This document shows positions 61,201-64,000 of a DNA stretch of 64,000 nt, in pieces. Location: NCBI GenBank assembly GCA_964035545.1, contig OZ037772.1, forward strand, positions 3,873,538 to 3,937,537. The letters are read 5' to 3'. A program made the position numbers and the translations under genes. The notes beneath the pieces are model-generated. The model saw nothing but the letters and a program-made list of their open reading frames with translations, was not told the DNA's origin and searched no databases. The DNA is from Bugula neritina (taxonomy: Eukaryota; Animalia; Bryozoa). The number at the start of each line of letters is the position of its first letter. Within the stretch, counting starts at the first letter, position 1.

Positions 61201-64000
61201 CATGTAATATATTACATAACAGTGCAGTATAATACACCATAATATAATATGTTATACAATACAATATTGTTACAGAAAATATAATTCACTAATATCTCAC
61301 AGCTAAGGTGTGTCTCCTAAATATATTCATTACTATAGGGGCCAGCTGGGCCACAGGGTGCTTCTGGACCAACTGGATTGTCTGGACCAGCAGGTTCACG
61401 TGGGCCAACTGGTCCTCAGGAATCCCAGGGAGCTAAGGGAATTCCCGGCGAACAAGGACCTAAAGGTATAAATTAAGTTAAACCAATCTTTGTCCTTAGT
61501 TATTGGCCATCAACAGAATCTTGACTCTAAGAGTTATCCTACTTGGTAAGAAGGTAAGGCAATTCCTAACTCATGATAATATGAATATCATCTGCTGTTG
61601 TAAGAGCCACTGGTTTCCAGGGACCTCAGGGATTCCCCGGAGCTACCGTTATTGATGATGCAAGGGGAGATGTTGGACCAGTGGGTATTGCTGGACCACC
61701 TGGGCTACGGGGTGCTGATGGCAAACAAGGAATTACTGGTTCTCCTGGTGCTATGGGTGCTACGGGACCACCTGGACCTGATGGTGCTAAGGTAAACACT
61801 TACACTGCTAACAGGTTATTGTTATTCATCTTGGTAGTTTAGTGATAATAAACCAATAGTCTGTATTTCTAGGGTGAACAAGGGAGAGATGGGGAAATGG
61901 GTAGTCCTGGCAGACCTGGACCTCCTGGACTTCCTGGTGAAGCTCCAGTATTTGGTTAGTTATTAACAAAACCAAGTTATTGTTCATTACTTGTATCTTT
62001 TTCATTCTCTTTCAACTGTGTATTGGTAATATTTTGGGAATTTCATCCATAGCTTTTGATTGAAGCTTTTATTTTATTCTACCATGGGTTATGTTAGGTG
62101 CGCCCCCTATGATGATGAGTGCAATGATGTCCAACGGTAAAGGTGTACAAGCAGATGATGCAGGCGCCAACAATGAGCTCTATAATATGTACCTCAGTGA
62201 GTAATGGCCATGATGTGCTTTGATGTTGCCTGCTTTGTAGTGGAAAGGCCTTTTTGAATGCTGTTTTGGAACTCAAATGACAGACTCGTTTCAAATTGTT
62301 TATGTTTTTGCAGACAAACAATTTTATAATTAACTGCTAGAAACTATTGTAATAAAAATAGAGACAGCTGTTGTAATGTATTTCTCCTCCTAGCATTGAT
62401 GATTGACATTCTTGTTTAATGAGTCACCTATTTAGTTCGCTTCTTCAGTCAAATGTTTCTACATTCTGATATATTATATAATGTTGGTTTTATTGCTGTT
62501 AGCTTACATCACTACTTCCACCTTATTTCTCTAGAAATGTAAGTAAGGGACGGGTCCAAAGACAGCCCTGTTATAGAGACTGTAGAGAACTCTTCACTGA
62601 AAACCCAGAGTTTAAGAGTGGAACTTATTGGGTGAGAGAAGATGCTGATATGTTTCTATTTTCTCTGCTCAGAGGAAATCTGTATCCAAGTCTGATGACT
62701 GAAATTCTGTGAACATGTTTTATATTTTACAATTACTACTCCTGAGGTGTCAATATCATGTCATGTGAAGTTTCTACAGATATTTAATGTTTAAGAATAA
62801 GAGTTTTCCCATGAGTTGCCTGTATTATATAATTCTGTATATTTAACAGCTGAACAGGTTTTAGAAGTTTTATGTGATGTTTGTATTGTGTTAGTGTGAA
62901 ATGGAGAAGTTGTATTCTCTATTGTTTGTTGTCAGGTGGATACAGATGGTGGCTCCATAGCTAATGCTATCCAGGCTTACCGTCGCAAGGAAATGAAGAG
63001 CACTTGTATCAATGTCAAGACCTCTGAGTTCGCCACCAAATCGTACGTCACCCAGCAGCTAGATAATCAGCCATTTGTTGCTTTAAACACATGGGAACAG
63101 CACTCGTAAGTGTTTATCTTGTATCAACCATGACTTTCTCAGTATTATTTTAGAATATCCAAAAGTTTTCTTGTTGAGAATTGTCGCTATAGTAACATAT
63201 TGGTTTCCTGTATGGATGTTGATAAGTGTTGCTATAGTAACATGTTGGTTTCCTGTATGGATTGTAGTTTGAGTATCTGGCAGAGTTTTCCTAACTCAAC
63301 TTTCTTCAAATTCACTCTGAGAGAGCAAACCCAGACTGACAGGCAATAGTCACTGCCAACAGTTTATCAAATAGTCACTAGTTGCTAGTCACCAGATACT
63401 AGTCCTCTACTATGTTGCTAGTCACTTGATAATCTGAACAATCACAGGCCTTTTTAAAGCTGAGCAAGTTGTTGGTATGACTATTCCATTTGCTGATTGT
63501 AGATGTATAAACTCAGTGGCAGTAGAAGACACATATGGTAGGAAGAATAAGTCAGTCATTTTATATACAGCTGGTGATAAAGAATACACAGCAACAGATA
63601 GCAGGTTCCAATATTCTGTGCTGCAGGATGATTGCAAGGTATGTAAATCTGACCTATATACTGCAAATCTGACCTATAAAGTGTAAATCTAATTTATATG
63701 GTGTAATTTCGATCTGCACTTGAACATGATTGCGATAGTTGCATCTTTTTTCTGTTAATATGCAATATAGCTTGCCTTTGAGTCTTTTTAATGACTACTT
63801 ATGACTTCAACCCAAAAGCCACTTTGAGTGCTGTACGAGTTTAGAGTTTTGAGTTTGCCTTCTGCCATTTTGTAGTATGCCAAATCATCAGAAGCTCAGA
63901 CAGTGATTGAGATTGGCACCAAGACCGCCACCCACTTGCCTATTATTGACATTGCTCCTGGTGACATCGGGACCACCCACAAAGAGTTTGGGGTTCAGCT
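58227..64000 (+). pseudogene. Fibrillar collagen alpha-chain gene (Gly-X-Y exons plus COLFI C-propeptide), disabled; runs off the window end
   Basis: Gly-X-Y exons at about 58227-58297, 58605-58765, 59670-59841, 60245-60314, 60724-60852, 60930-61072, 61339-61466, 61604-61790 and 61873-61954. COLFI exons RELFTENPEFKSGTYW (~62536-62630), VDTDGGSIANAIQAY...TC (62936-63105), SRFQYSVLQDDCK (~63638) and TVIEIGTKTATHLPIIDIAPGDIG..KEFG (63876-64000). Many Gly substitutions, frameshifts and a TAA at 63292. Confidence 0.9.
58894..59410. mobile_element. hAT-like MITE in a collagen intron
   Basis: Termini CAGGGTTG...CAACCCTG; 8-bp TSD GTTTATTA/GTTTCTTA (7/8); many GTAATT subterminal repeats; a related end fragment at about 20900-21000. 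Confidence 0.75.

Overview
AT-rich, intron-containing animal (invertebrate-type) genomic DNA, made up mostly of transposable elements and decayed genes. It holds two full-length, related but distinct Ty3/Gypsy LTR retrotransposons: element 1 (+, 2515-11155, nested in a PIF/Harbinger-type non-autonomous DNA transposon) and element 2 (-, 37947-45441). Both have a tRNA-Leu PBS, gag and pol joined by a -1 frameshift signal, and a third gene in the env position that is not env. That gene encodes a conserved C2H2 zinc finger, a second Cys cluster (FCPCG...GC), an Arg-rich tract and a C-terminal coiled coil. In both elements it appears to be split by a sense-strand, phase-1 spliceosomal intron; in element 2 splicing is the only way to supply a start codon. 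This intron-containing accessory gene, reminiscent of complex-retrovirus regulators such as Rev, is the most interesting signal. The window also has two hammerhead ribozymes next to (TA)n tracts (one with a Penelope-like GIY-YIG fragment), an unprocessed KIF14-like kinesin pseudogene (-), an unprocessed fibrillar collagen pseudogene (+), several MITEs, relic gag, Copia and CACTA fragments, and tandem repeats. All calls come from manual reading; no database searches were run.
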